DNA of 64,000 bases from an uncultured Clostridia bacterium (lineage in GTDB: Bacteria > Bacillota > Clostridia > Christensenellales > Aristaeellaceae), in NCBI GenBank assembly GCA_946538975.1, contig CAMNHF010000001.1, positions 10,431 to 74,430 of the forward strand, read 5' to 3'. A model generated the notes under the pieces. It had not been told where the DNA came from. It saw only the letters and a list, made by a program, of their open reading frames with translations, and did no database searches. Shown here piece after piece: positions 52,880 through 62,272 of this stretch (position 1 is its first letter; each line of letters starts with the position of its first letter). A program made the position numbers and the translations under genes.

Positions 52880-55192
52880 GTGACGGAAAACCGCGCAGCG
52901 CGCTGGAAGAGTGCGGCCGCAGACTTTCTTCTCTACCTGCTGACGGCGGGCGGAGGGCTGCTGGCCGTCTTTTGCGCGTGCGGCCTGCTTCCGATGGCCT
53001 GGCCCGCGCTGGCGGCCACCGTGCTGTGGGGCCTCCTGATCGTCCCCGTCCGCGCCCTGTGGGGGAAGACCTGGCCCTTCGCCGCCCTGAGCGCCGCCTG
53101 CCTGCTCCTGCTCTGCCTGGGCGGCGGCGGAATGCAGCAGCGGACCGTCAGCGTGCTGTACAGCCTGCGAGACTTCGCCGTGGGCGAGCGGCTGTCCGTC
53201 CTGCTCACGGCGGGGGATACCGCGCCGCGCATGGCCGTGTGGTTCTGCCTGGTGGGCACGCTCGTCCTGGGCGGCCACGGGGGCATCGCGCTGAGCGTCA
53301 CCGCCGGGCTGATGATTCCCCTCCTGCTGCAGGGGCCGGGCGGGGCCTCCCTGCTGGCCCTGCTGCCGCTGCTGGCCGGCGTCCTGGTGTATTTGCTGCG
53401 CCAGGAGGGCACGGACCGGCGCAGGGGCATTCTGGCGGCGCTGCTTCTCGCGGCGGCGGCGGTGCTGCTGGTGCCCCACGGGGATGTGTCCGTCTCCCCC
53501 TTCCGGGAGATCGCGCAGTCCATCCGCCAGACCGTGGACCGCTACCTCTTTTTCGACGACCCGCGCAACGTGTTCTCCATCGGCGACGTGGGCTGGTATC
53601 CGAACGGCTCCGGCCAGCTGGGCGGCCGCCCCTCCCCCTCCACGGAGGAGCTGCTGGAGGTGCGCGCAGACCGCAACGTCTACCTGCGCGCCATCTCCCG
53701 CGACACCTACACCGGCCGTGCCTGGCTGGACAACACCGGCGGCAACCGCCTGCTGTGGATCCATCCCTCCTACCGGAACACCCGCGCCGCTGTGTTCAAC
53801 GAAAACCTGCCCGCCCTGCCCTCCGCGCTGATGGAGGCGGAGGAGGTCAGCGTCACCGCGCGGCACAGCTTCATCTCCACCACCCTGTTCGTACCCCAGC
53901 GCGTACGCGCCTTGCAGGCCGGCGGCAGCCTGGTGCCCTATTTCAACCAGGCCGGCGAGATCTTTGTCACCGATCCGCTGGAGCCGGGCGACACCTGGTC
54001 CGTCAGCGCGCCGCTGCCGCAGGCCGGGGACGCCGGGCTGGAGGAGCTGCTGGCCGCCGCGGCCCTCGGGACGGACGGCGATTACGAATCCATCCGCGCC
54101 GCCTACACCAAGCTGCCGGACCATCTGCAGGAGGCCGTGTGGGAGCTGGCCCGCGAGGCAGCCGGCCCCTCCGGGGATCCCTATCAGCAGGTGCTGTCCA
54201 TCCAGCGCTGGCTCCGGGACAACTGCACCTACACCCTGGATGTGGACGATCCGGATCCCGGCGTGGACTTCGCCAGCCAGTTCCTGCTGGTGACGCGCGA
54301 GGGCTACTGCGTGTATTACGCCACCGCGATGACCGTGATGTGCCGGATGTGCGGCATACCCGCCCGCTATGTGGAGGGCTTCCTGGCCCGGCCGGACAGC
54401 ACGGGGCAGGCCATCGTCACCGGCGAGGAGGGCCACGCCTGGACGGAGGTCTATTTCCCCGGCTTCGGCTGGCTGACCGTCGAGGCGACGCTGAGCGGCT
54501 CCGCCGGAGCAGGCGCTCCCTCCGCGCCGCCTCCGCAGCAGCCCGAGAACGCCACCGTCCCGCCCGAAACGCCCACGCCCGCGCCTTCCGCCGAGCCTTC
54601 ACCGGAGCCTTCGCCGGAACCTTCGCCTGAACCTTCACCGGAGCCGTCCCAGGAGCCTTCTCCTTCTCCGGAGCCTTCCCAGGAGCCGGAGGGCAGCCCT
54701 CCGCCGGACGACAATCCGCCGGAGCCAGACGCGGATCCCGCCGGCGGCAGCGGAAGCCCCGGGGGAAACGCGCCCTCGCTGTGGTGGCTCTGGCTGATCC
54801 TGCTGCTCCTGGCGCTGCTCCTGTGGCGGCTGTGGGCCGTGCAGCCCGGTCACCGGGCGCGCCGACAGCCCGACGCTGCGCACCGCTACCGGCTGTGGTG
54901 GCAGGCGCTGGAGGACGTCCTGGCCGCGGCCCGGCTGCCCCGGGCGCCTTCGGAGAGCCCCGCCGCCTGGCTGAGCCGGGTGGATGCCGCGGGCCGCTTC
55001 ACCGTCCCCCTGCAGGAGCAGGGACAGGTCATGTCCGCCGTGCTGTACGGCCGCCGGGAGCCCGGCGAGCCCCAGGCTGACCGCCTCGCCGCGGCCTGCG
55101 CCCAGGCAGAGAAGCAGCTCCGTGGGAAAGAAAAGCTCCGCCTGCAGCTCTGCCGCCTGATGGGAAGGCCCCTCAACCGCAGGACCGTCTGA
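52880..55192 (+). CDS. transglutaminase-like membrane protein with Pro/Glu/Ser-rich linker and DUF4129-like tail
   Basis: Multiple N-terminal TM helices. Transglutaminase core REGYCVYYATAMTVMCR...GHAWTEVYFPGFGWLTVEAT (Cys-His-Asp/Glu). GTG start after GGAG. Confidence 0.8.
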   Translation: MTENRAARWKSAAADFLLYLLTAGGGLLAVFCACGLLPMAWPALAATVLWGLLIVPVRALWGKTWPFAALSAACLLLLCLGGGGMQQRTVSVLYSLRDFAVGERLSVLLTAGDTAPRMAVWFCLVGTLVLGGHGGIALSVTAGLMIPLLLQGPGGASLLALLPLLAGVLVYLLRQEGTDRRRGILAALLLAAAAVLLVPHGDVSVSPFREIAQSIRQTVDRYLFFDDPRNVFSIGDVGWYPNGSGQLGGRPSPSTEELLEVRADRNVYLRAISRDTYTGRAWLDNTGGNRLLWIHPSYRNTRAAVFNENLPALPSALMEAEEVSVTARHSFISTTLFVPQRVRALQAGGSLVPYFNQAGEIFVTDPLEPGDTWSVSAPLPQAGDAGLEELLAAAALGTDGDYESIRAAYTKLPDHLQEAVWELAREAAGPSGDPYQQVLSIQRWLRDNCTYTLDVDDPDPGVDFASQFLLVTREGYCVYYATAMTVMCRMCGIPARYVEGFLARPDSTGQAIVTGEEGHAWTEVYFPGFGWLTVEATLSGSAGAGAPSAPPPQQPENATVPPETPTPAPSAEPSPEPSPEPSPEPSPEPSQEPSPSPEPSQEPEGSPPPDDNPPEPDADPAGGSGSPGGNAPSLWWLWLILLLLALLLWRLWAVQPGHRARRQPDAAHRYRLWWQALEDVLAAARLPRAPSESPAAWLSRVDAAGRFTVPLQEQGQVMSAVLYGRREPGEPQADRLAAACAQAEKQLRGKEKLRLQLCRLMGRPLNRRTV
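54590..54690 (+). repeat. coding 12-nt microsatellite-like repeat (EPSP)n
   Basis: gagccttcaccg-like units encode AEPSPEPSPEPSPEPSPEPSQEPSPSPEPSQEP. Confidence 0.7.
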
Positions 55193-55196
55193 ACGC

Positions 55197-55252
55197 AAAA
55201 ATACCGCCGTCCCCTTAAGGCAGCTGTGCCTCAGGAGGACGGCGGTTTTTCC
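55197..55252. terminator. bidirectional terminator between convergent genes
   Basis: AAAATACCGCCGTCC, 24-nt loop, GGACGGCGGTTTTTCC. Confidence 0.6.
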
Positions 55253-55287
55253 GTGCGGATCTTTGCGCTTCATGGCGGCGGAAAGCC

Positions 55288-56256
55288 TCACTCCGCCCAG
55301 GCGGTCAGCTGGGACAGCGGAATCTTCCACAGGCCGCCGCTGCGGAGCAGGCGCGTCACGCAGCCGCTGCGCCGGCCCGACTGCAGCAGGCTGCCGGAGA
55401 CGGTCACGTCCGCCGTGTAGGTCATCGTGCGGCCGTCGGCGCTCAGGCTGCCGCTGGACAGGGAGAAGGCGGTCAGCAGGGGCAGCCCCTCCATCTGCGC
55501 GACGAAGGCGTCGTAGCCCCCGCCCCCCGCGACATACTTCCACAGCCGCAGCCAGTCCCGCTGGCGCAGGCAGGTGAACACGGTCTCCATCGTCCGGTCC
55601 GCCGTCAGCAGCAGGCTGCTGTCGCGGCGCAGCGGACCTGTCAGCTCGCTGTCCGGGGCATCGTCGAGGAAGTAGTTCTGCTTCAGCCGCAGGGAGCCGC
55701 CGCTACCCTGGGAGACAAGGATCTGCACCGCGTCGATGTCGCAGTTCTCCGTCACCGTGGCGATGAGGCTCTGCATGGCCAGCCGGCGGCGCAGCGGGGC
55801 CTCCGCCAGCCAGGCGTCGGTCTCGCGCCAGTTGGCCGGCTCGTCCGGGTAGGCCGCGAGCACATCCGCGGACAGGGTCACAAACAGCGTCCGCCCCTGC
55901 AGCGAGGTGGACAGCACCCGCGTGCCCGCCGGAAAGAGGGCGGTCAGCTCCTGCTGTCCCGGCCCGGTCAGCAGGGCGGCGATCAGCGTCAGCTCCCAGG
56001 GCTGGTTGGGCAGCCGGGTCAGCGTGCGGTACTCCTGCGCCAGCAGCGGCTCGTCCAGGAAGCGGTAATACAGCACCGCGGTCTGCTGCCGGGAGAGGGG
56101 CTGCGCCTCCTCCTGGGACGGCAGCAGCACCGGCGCGTCCGGCAGATCCGTCACGGCCGCGGCCTCCAGCGGGTTGCGCGGCGCGGCGCAGGCGCTCAGC
56201 AGCAGCGCGCCGGCCAGCAGCAGGGCCAGCAGGGCCAGCTTTCCGGTTCTGTTCAT
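55288..56256 (-). CDS. lipoprotein with GerMN-like domain
   Basis: Lipobox LLLSAC. The block LYYRFLDEP...LIAALLTGPG...VLSTSLQGRTLFVTLS resembles GerMN. Confidence 0.6.
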   Translation of the reverse strand: MNRTGKLALLALLLAGALLLSACAAPRNPLEAAAVTDLPDAPVLLPSQEEAQPLSRQQTAVLYYRFLDEPLLAQEYRTLTRLPNQPWELTLIAALLTGPGQQELTALFPAGTRVLSTSLQGRTLFVTLSADVLAAYPDEPANWRETDAWLAEAPLRRRLAMQSLIATVTENCDIDAVQILVSQGSGGSLRLKQNYFLDDAPDSELTGPLRRDSSLLLTADRTMETVFTCLRQRDWLRLWKYVAGGGGYDAFVAQMEGLPLLTAFSLSSGSLSADGRTMTYTADVTVSGSLLQSGRRSGCVTRLLRSGGLWKIPLSQLTAWAE

Positions 56257-56274
56257 ATCTGTCGATCCTTTGCG

Positions 56275-57429
56275 TCAGTTCAGGCGGGCCGCCTCCTGCC
56301 CCCAGGCGTCGTACAGCACCGCCGCGTCGTCCTTCTTCTTGTGCCAGACCTGCTTGTCCGGCCAGCTGTAATCCCCCTGGCGATCCGCCTTCTGCCCGGT
56401 CACGGTGAGGCTCTCCCCCGGCGCCAGCGCCGCGCCGGCCGGGAAGACGAAGATCTCGCCGCCCCGCTCCGAGCGGATGAACCAGCCCGCCAGCTCCACC
56501 GTCTCCGCGCCGCTATTGCGCAGGGAGATGCTGTCGCCGGCGGCGTCCCGGTCATACAGCTGAAGGCCCGCGGGCACCTGCGGCAGCTCCGGCCACGCGC
56601 CCAGCTTCAGCGTCACGGCGCCGTCCGCGATCTCCGCCAGCACGCCCTGGGCGGCGTTGTTCGTGACGGCGATCTGCGCGCCGACGCCCTGCAGGGCCTT
56701 CAGCACGCGCTTGCTCGGCGTGTTCGTGTCCACGGCGGGATCGGTCGAAATCACCGCAGCCCGCGGACGGATGGCGCTCACGAAGGTGTTGGAGGTGGCG
56801 TCCGGGTTGCCGTGGTTGCCCACCTTCAGCACGTCCACCGGCCGGAGCAGCCCTGCCGCGGCCAGCTTTTCCTCCTCGGGGAACTCCATGTCGCCGCACA
56901 GCAGTATGGAGCCGCCCGCCGCCTCCGCCAGCAGCACGAGGGAGTTGTTGTTCTCCTTCTCGTCCGCCTCTGTCGGCCCGAGCACGCTCAGTCTGCCGCC
57001 GTCCAGCGGCAGGCTGTCGCCGGCGCGCAGCCAGTGCACGCTCTCGCCGCGCAGCCCCGCGGCCAGCACCGCCGGGTGCTCCTTTTCGGCCACCTCCGCA
57101 TAATACGCGGAGGCATACCAGGCGTCCACCGCCACGGGACTCTGGGCCAGCGCATACGCGCCGCCCGTGTGATCCTTGTGCGTGTGGGTCAGGATGACGC
57201 CGGTCAGCCGCTCAATCCCCCACACCTGCAGGGCCCGGCTCACCGCGCCGTAGCTCTCCGCGGTGCCGGTGTCGATCATGTAGACATCCCTGCCGCACAG
57301 CAGCAGCAGGCAGTCCGCCTTGCCCACGTTCACAGCCAGAAGCCGCAGCATCTCCGCCTCCTCCTGTTCCGCCGGGGCCGCCGCGCACAGCATCAGCAGC
57401 GCCAGCACCAGCGCGATCGCTCGCCGCAT
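56275..57429 (-). CDS. secreted MBL-fold hydrolase (ComEC C-terminal-like) with lamin-tail domain
   Basis: Signal peptide. HxHxDH motif THTHKDHTGG. C-terminal ...ISLRNSGAETVELAGWFI...FPAGAALAPGESLTV is LTD-like. Confidence 0.7.
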   Translation of the reverse strand: MRRAIALVLALLMLCAAAPAEQEEAEMLRLLAVNVGKADCLLLLCGRDVYMIDTGTAESYGAVSRALQVWGIERLTGVILTHTHKDHTGGAYALAQSPVAVDAWYASAYYAEVAEKEHPAVLAAGLRGESVHWLRAGDSLPLDGGRLSVLGPTEADEKENNNSLVLLAEAAGGSILLCGDMEFPEEEKLAAAGLLRPVDVLKVGNHGNPDATSNTFVSAIRPRAAVISTDPAVDTNTPSKRVLKALQGVGAQIAVTNNAAQGVLAEIADGAVTLKLGAWPELPQVPAGLQLYDRDAAGDSISLRNSGAETVELAGWFIRSERGGEIFVFPAGAALAPGESLTVTGQKADRQGDYSWPDKQVWHKKKDDAAVLYDAWGQEAARLN

Positions 57430-57442
57430 GCGCCTTCCCCCT

Positions 57443-57919
57443 TCACTCGATGGCGCTGACAGCCGTCTTCAGCATGTCCAGCTCCTGGGTCAGCTCCGTC
57501 TGCAATTCACCGGTGGTCGTGCCGCTGATGATCTTCGCGGTGTAGTTGTCGATGGTCGCGTACAGGGCGTCGAACAGGCTGCTGCTCACCATCTCGCGCC
57601 CGGAAAGGCTGCGCTCGGTCTGGTTCAGCAGATCCGCCGCGTAGACCTCCGAGCGGATGGCCGACAGGGTGGAAAAGCTGCTGTTGGAGGCCGTGCGGCT
57701 CAGGTTGACCACCTGCTTCTGGGCCGCCTCCACCTCGGTCAGCATCCGCCCGATGAACAGGCTGCGGCTCTCGGCGCGGTAGCGCATCGCCGGCACCGCG
57801 AAGAACAGCAGCACGATCAGCGCCACGGCCAGCAGCGCCGCGACGATGCCGGCCAGCCGGCTGCCGCCCCGCTGCGAGGGCACCACAATGTTGCCCCTGC
57901 GGTTGGAATATCGGTTCAT
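57443..57919 (-). CDS. membrane-anchored hypothetical protein
   Basis: 158 aa with one TM helix (LAGIVAALLAVALIVLLFFAV). RBS GGAGGAG. Confidence 0.55.
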   Translation of the reverse strand: MNRYSNRRGNIVVPSQRGGSRLAGIVAALLAVALIVLLFFAVPAMRYRAESRSLFIGRMLTEVEAAQKQVVNLSRTASNSSFSTLSAIRSEVYAADLLNQTERSLSGREMVSSSLFDALYATIDNYTAKIISGTTTGELQTELTQELDMLKTAVSAIE

Positions 57920-57937
57920 GGTTCTCCTCCTGTGCAA

Positions 57938-58948
57938 TCAAATGCCCTCATCGCCGGAGCCGGCGGGAAAGGCGTTGAAGCCGGCCCGCTCCGCGAAGCT
58001 CTTTTTCTTCGGCATCGCCGTCTTTCCCTCCGCGACGCCCACGGGCAGGAAGCAGACCAGCTCCCAGCCCTCCGGCACGCCGAGGATCTGCGCCATCTGC
58101 GCGCCGATGCGGTCCGTGTCCGTGATGTGGCCCTCATACCAGCAGCTCTCATAGCCCAGGCTGACGATGGCCAGCAGCATGTTCTCGATCGCCGCGGCGT
58201 AATCCTGTACGGCGAAGCAGCGGTCGCGGTAGGCGATCAGCGGCTGGGACAGCACGCAGATCATCGCCGGGGCAGTCTCCCCCACCGGCGGCTGAATCAC
58301 GCTGTGCAGCCGCGCGAGCAAGGCCGGGTCGTCCACCGCGATCAGGCTGACCGTCTGCCTGTTGCAGCCCGAGGGCGCGGCGAGGCCCGCCTGCAGGATC
58401 TCCGTCAGGTGCTCCCGGGGCACCGGGTCGGGCCGGTATTTCCCGCGGTAGCTCCGTCGCCCGAGGATCAGCCGCAGCATCTCCCCGCCCCGGGGCAGGG
58501 CCATCACGTAGATCTGGCAGGGATTCGCCTCGCCCCAGAGCTCCGGAATCACCTCCAGCTCCCGGAAGCCCAGCGCCTGATAGAAGCGGTTCGTCTCGTC
58601 ATAGTCCGCGTAGCAGCCCAGGCGCACGGTCTTCACCTGCATGAACGCGCAGCCCAGCGCCTCGGCCTTCCCGGCCGCACAGCGGAACAGCGCCCGTCCC
58701 AGGCCCCGGCGGTGGTACCGCTGCAGCACGCCCATCACCGCCACCTCCGCCGCGGCGGGGCCGGTCTTCTTCATCGCGAGAAAGCCCGCGGGCGCCCCGT
58801 CCTCAAACGCGGCGAAGAACCATTGCTCCCCGCTGTCCCGGATGTAGCTTTCCCGCGCCTCCGGGTTCCCGAACCAGTCGGTCAGCTCCTCCAGCACCAG
58901 CCGGGCAATGTGCTGCTTCTCCCGCGCGTCCTCGATCTCCCGAATCAT
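57938..58948 (-). CDS. GNAT acetyltransferase fused to nitroreductase domain
   Basis: The N-terminal ~150 aa carry the GNAT motif VLQRYHRRGLGRALF. The C-terminal ~180 aa carry nitroreductase blocks (LGRRSYRGKY, APSGCNRQ, LGYESCW). Confidence 0.7.
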   Translation of the reverse strand: MIREIEDAREKQHIARLVLEELTDWFGNPEARESYIRDSGEQWFFAAFEDGAPAGFLAMKKTGPAAAEVAVMGVLQRYHRRGLGRALFRCAAGKAEALGCAFMQVKTVRLGCYADYDETNRFYQALGFRELEVIPELWGEANPCQIYVMALPRGGEMLRLILGRRSYRGKYRPDPVPREHLTEILQAGLAAPSGCNRQTVSLIAVDDPALLARLHSVIQPPVGETAPAMICVLSQPLIAYRDRCFAVQDYAAAIENMLLAIVSLGYESCWYEGHITDTDRIGAQMAQILGVPEGWELVCFLPVGVAEGKTAMPKKKSFAERAGFNAFPAGSGDEGI

Positions 58949-58960
58949 GGCATCCTCCTG

Positions 58961-59416
58961 TCACGCTCCGCCGCGCCTCTGGCGGAAGAAATCCCGCAGC
59001 ACCGCCTCGCAGTCCCCGCGCAGCACGCCGCCGCGCCAAACGCAGCTGCCGCCCAGGGCCGGATCGGCAGGCAGGTCGTACACGCTGCCGCAGCAGCCGC
59101 AGCGGGCGTCCGCCGCCCCCCAGACGCAGCGCTCCAGCTGCGCCATCGCCAGCGCGCCCGCGCACATCGGACAGGGCTCCAGCGTCACATACAGGGTGCA
59201 GCCGCTCAGCCGGCGGCTGTGCAGCACCCGCGCGCCTGCCCGCAGCGCCAGCATCTCGGCGTGGGCCGTGGGATCCTGATCCGCCTCGCGGCGGTTGCGG
59301 GCCCGCGCGATGACCTCATCCCCGCGGACAAGCACCGCGCCCACCGGCACCTCCCCTGCCTCCGCGGCAGCGCGCGCCTCCTCCAGGGCCAGCAGCATGG
59401 CCTCTTCATCCCGCAA
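58961..59416 (-). CDS. tadA: tRNA adenosine(34) deaminase
   Basis: HAEMLA and TLEPCPMCAGA zinc motifs. TTG start proposed (LRDEEAMLLALEEA...); the start is uncertain. Confidence 0.8.
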   Translation of the reverse strand: MRDEEAMLLALEEARAAAEAGEVPVGAVLVRGDEVIARARNRREADQDPTAHAEMLALRAGARVLHSRRLSGCTLYVTLEPCPMCAGALAMAQLERCVWGAADARCGCCGSVYDLPADPALGGSCVWRGGVLRGDCEAVLRDFFRQRRGGA

Positions 59417-59524
59417 CGCAATCCCCTCTTTCCCGCTGCCACCATTGTACCAAATCACCGCACAAAATGCAAATTTCCCCGATGAAAAAGGGAGAAGGCC
59501 GCTTATCGCCCTCTCCCCTGCCAT

Positions 59525-60799
59525 TCAGATCTCCACGCGGATCATGCTCTCCACCCGGCAGATGTCCTCCGGCAGCCGCGGCAGCGCCCGCCGCACCGCC
59601 TCCTCCTCCGCCAGATGCGTGATGAACACCAGCTGCACCCGGCCGTCCTCGGCGGCGCCCTTCTGCATCATCGCCGCGATGGAGACGCCCTCCTGCGCGA
59701 AGCAGTCCGCCACCCGCGCCAGCACGCCCGGCGCGTCCACGGCGGACAGGCGGAGGAAGTAGCGGGTCGTCCAGTTCTCGCTGACTGTCAGCCGCTCCTC
59801 GCACAGGCGCTCCCCGCCCGCCGGCAGCCCGGAGGCCCCCGCCGCCGCCTGCAGGATGTCCGCCGCCACCGCGCTGGCCGTGGGCAGATCGCCCGCGCCG
59901 CGGCCCTGCAGGGTGATGGCGTCGCAGGCGTCCCCGTGCAAGTAGACCGCGTTGAAGGCGCCGTCCACCCGGGCCAGCGGATGATGCCGGTCCAGGAAGG
60001 TCGGATGCACGCGCACCTCGGCCCGGTCGCCGTCCCGCTTGGCGATGGCCAGCAGCTTCAAGGTATAGCCCATCTCCGCGCCGAAGGCGATGTCCCGCGC
60101 GGTGACGTGGGTGATGCCCTCCCGGTAGACCTTCGCGTAGGGCACGGCGCTGTGGAAGGCCAGCGAGGACAGGATCGCCAGCTTGAAGGCCGCGTCCATG
60201 CCCTCCACGTCGCTCTCCGGGTTCGGCTCGGCCAGACCCAGCTGCTGGGCGTCCGCCAGCACGTCGGCATATTCCGCGCCGCCCGCGCTCATGCCGGTCA
60301 GGATGTAGTTCGTCGTGCCGTTGATGATGCCCATCACCCGGTCCACGCGCACGCTCTGCAGGGAGGTGTTCAGCATGCGGATCACGGGGATCGCGCCGCA
60401 GACGCTCGCCTCGTAGAACAGCCCGGCCCCGCTCTCCAGTGCCGCGCGGTTCAGCTCGGCCCAGTGCAGGCACAGGGCCATCTTGTTGGCGGTCACCACC
60501 TGCTTGCCCGCGCGCAGGGCCCGGAGCATGTAGTCCGCCGCCGGCTGCTCGCCGCCCAGAAACTCCGCCACCAGGCTGATCTCCGGATCCTCCAGCACGT
60601 CCTCCGCCCGGTCGGTCAGCACCTCCCGCGGCACACCGCAGCTGCGCGGCGCGTTCACCCGGCGCACCAGCACCCGCTTCACGCGAATCCCCAGGCCGTC
60701 AAAGCGCTCCGCGATTTCCTCCCGCATATCCTCCAGCAGCCGCCACACGCCGCCGCCGATATTCCCACAGCCCAGAAAGCCGATAACCAGTTCTTTCAT
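59525..60799 (-). CDS. hom: homoserine dehydrogenase with C-terminal ACT domain
   Basis: GFLGCGNIGGG, central homoserine-dehydrogenase blocks (ASVCGAIPVI, INGTTNYIL), and an ACT-like tail. Start at MKELVIG. Confidence 0.85.
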   Translation of the reverse strand: MKELVIGFLGCGNIGGGVWRLLEDMREEIAERFDGLGIRVKRVLVRRVNAPRSCGVPREVLTDRAEDVLEDPEISLVAEFLGGEQPAADYMLRALRAGKQVVTANKMALCLHWAELNRAALESGAGLFYEASVCGAIPVIRMLNTSLQSVRVDRVMGIINGTTNYILTGMSAGGAEYADVLADAQQLGLAEPNPESDVEGMDAAFKLAILSSLAFHSAVPYAKVYREGITHVTARDIAFGAEMGYTLKLLAIAKRDGDRAEVRVHPTFLDRHHPLARVDGAFNAVYLHGDACDAITLQGRGAGDLPTASAVAADILQAAAGASGLPAGGERLCEERLTVSENWTTRYFLRLSAVDAPGVLARVADCFAQEGVSIAAMMQKGAAEDGRVQLVFITHLAEEEAVRRALPRLPEDICRVESMIRVEI

Positions 60800-60851
60800 A
60801 TGAATGATCTGCTCCTCCCGCGCCTCCTCTGCGAACCGGCGCACAGGAAAC

Positions 60852-60880
60852 ATCATAGCACAGATCGCTGTGTTTGTCAT
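60852..60880 (-). promoter_or_regulatory. putative promoter of hom
   Basis: Minus strand ATGACA, 17 nt, TATGAT about 50 nt upstream of the ATG. Confidence 0.4.
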
Positions 60881-61102
60881 GTACAAAAAAGCCGGGGCTT
60901 CCGGAATCCATTATAGCAGAAGGTGCCAGATCGCGGAAGAACAAAATCCGGCTTTCCCGGATCCCGGCATCATGCGGTTGTGATGAAAAGCATCGGCCGA
61001 AGAAGCGGCATTGAAGCCACGAGCCCGTGCGCAGGGACGGTGATTCGTTTTTGCGTTGGTTCGCGGCTGCCCGCTCGTCGGAAAAGGAGCGTTCACCCGC
61101 GG

Positions 61103-61144
61103 AACAGGAAAAGCCCTCGGAAAGCCTTGTGCCTTCGAGGGCTT
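61103..61144 (-). terminator. rho-independent terminator (minus strand)
   Basis: AAGCCCTCG, 16-nt loop, CGAGGGCTT followed by TTCCTGTTCC. Confidence 0.45.
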
Positions 61145-61203
61145 GCGGGGACAGCAGCGGGTCACAAAGCGCCAGTTTGCCTGGAACAATCGTGATCCGG
61201 TTG

Positions 61204-61244
61204 CTTCAAAACCGCTCCTCCCTCCCGAAGGAGAGAGGAGACGG
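61204..61244 (-). terminator. rho-independent terminator (minus strand) after the anchor remnant
   Basis: CCGTCTCCTCTCTCC, ttcg, GGAGGGAGGAGCGG followed by TTTTGAA. Confidence 0.5.
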
Positions 61245-61257
61245 CCTTTCATGGAGA

Positions 61258-61443
61258 TCAGGCAGCAGCCCCGGCCTTCTTCTTCTTCAGCAGCCAGCGG
61301 GCCATCACGATCAGCCAGATCGCGCCCAGGCCCAGGCCTGCGCCTAGGTTGACCTTGCCCATCAACTCGTCCACGACGTTGACGTTCTTGGCTGCTTCTT
61401 CGGCTGCGGCAGCCGTTTCCGCGTCGGCGACCACATCGGCGTA
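61258..61443 (-). pseudogene. C-terminal membrane-anchor remnant (or 34-aa ORF 61258..61362)
   Basis: My translation: YADVVADAETAAAAEEAAKNVNVVDELMGKVNLGAGLGLGAIWLIVMARWLLKKKKAGAAA then stop. This is a hydrophobic helix plus a Lys tail, as at the C-terminus of anchored surface proteins. The upstream reading frame is broken. Confidence 0.3.
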
Positions 61444-61546
61444 TCAATAACGCCGCCGTCATCATCGTACAGCCATACCGGATTTTGCCATCACCGCGGA
61501 ATCTGAATCCCTTGGGACAGCACACGGCCGGACATCATCAGGGCGC

Positions 61547-62272
61547 TCAGTCCGGTATCACCCGATACCGCATATGCCTGGCTTTGAACCAGCAGTATCC
61601 TGTTTCGATTCTGTCGACCGTCATGTCTTCCTCGTCCACAAGGTAGACAAATCCATCCTGCATCAGAACAGTTGAACCGAGCCAGTACGGATCGTAATCT
61701 TCCGGATTCCGGCTTGATGTGTCATATTCGACATCGCCCGAAAACCAGACCTCTATCTCACAGCCCCATGTCCCGTCAAACCGCACATAGAGCGTTCCGT
61801 CCTCCAGCAGCTCTTCCTTTATAATCCTGGCATCATGGAATCCGCCGGATGCCCATTCCAGGTCTTCGATATTCTTCTGTGTTCTGATCTCCTGAATCTC
61901 AGCATAGGCATATCCGGCATCCATTTGACGGCACAGATCCAGGATCTCCTGCGGCTGCCGTTCTTCATCCAGGAAGGAGTCCAACAGCGTGCGGGTGAGG
62001 AAGCCGACGCATCCCTCGCCTTCTTCATTCGTGTTCCAGCCGGAATGATCCGAATCCACAATCAGAATCTGCGGAATCAGGTATTCGGTGTTCGGAACCA
62101 TGGCCAGCCATCTGATGAGCCGTTCTTTTTTCTCATCCCAGACAATCCAGTGCGGTCTGTTGAATTGCCGAAGATGCTCCTTTCCGCAGCCGGTCGAATC
62201 TATGTGCCGGAAATAGCCGAATACTGCGGAAACATAGTACTTTCCATCCCCCTGACGGATGATCGCATGCAT
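61547..62272 (-). CDS. hypothetical protein (lower-GC islet)
   Basis: 241-aa ORF with RBS GGAGG and protein-like composition. No recognised family. Confidence 0.55.
   Translation of the reverse strand: MHAIIRQGDGKYYVSAVFGYFRHIDSTGCGKEHLRQFNRPHWIVWDEKKERLIRWLAMVPNTEYLIPQILIVDSDHSGWNTNEEGEGCVGFLTRTLLDSFLDEERQPQEILDLCRQMDAGYAYAEIQEIRTQKNIEDLEWASGGFHDARIIKEELLEDGTLYVRFDGTWGCEIEVWFSGDVEYDTSSRNPEDYDPYWLGSTVLMQDGFVYLVDEEDMTVDRIETGYCWFKARHMRYRVIPD

Noticed and set aside
60800-61200. Long leader upstream of hom, examined for an S-box, T-box or lysine riboswitch.
   Set aside because: I could not find the conserved cores (no T-box AGAGA/specifier/T-box sequence, no SAM-I kink-turn or pseudoknot motifs). 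The hairpins present read as simple terminators of the upstream remnant, and a plausible hom promoter lies only about 50 nt from the ATG.
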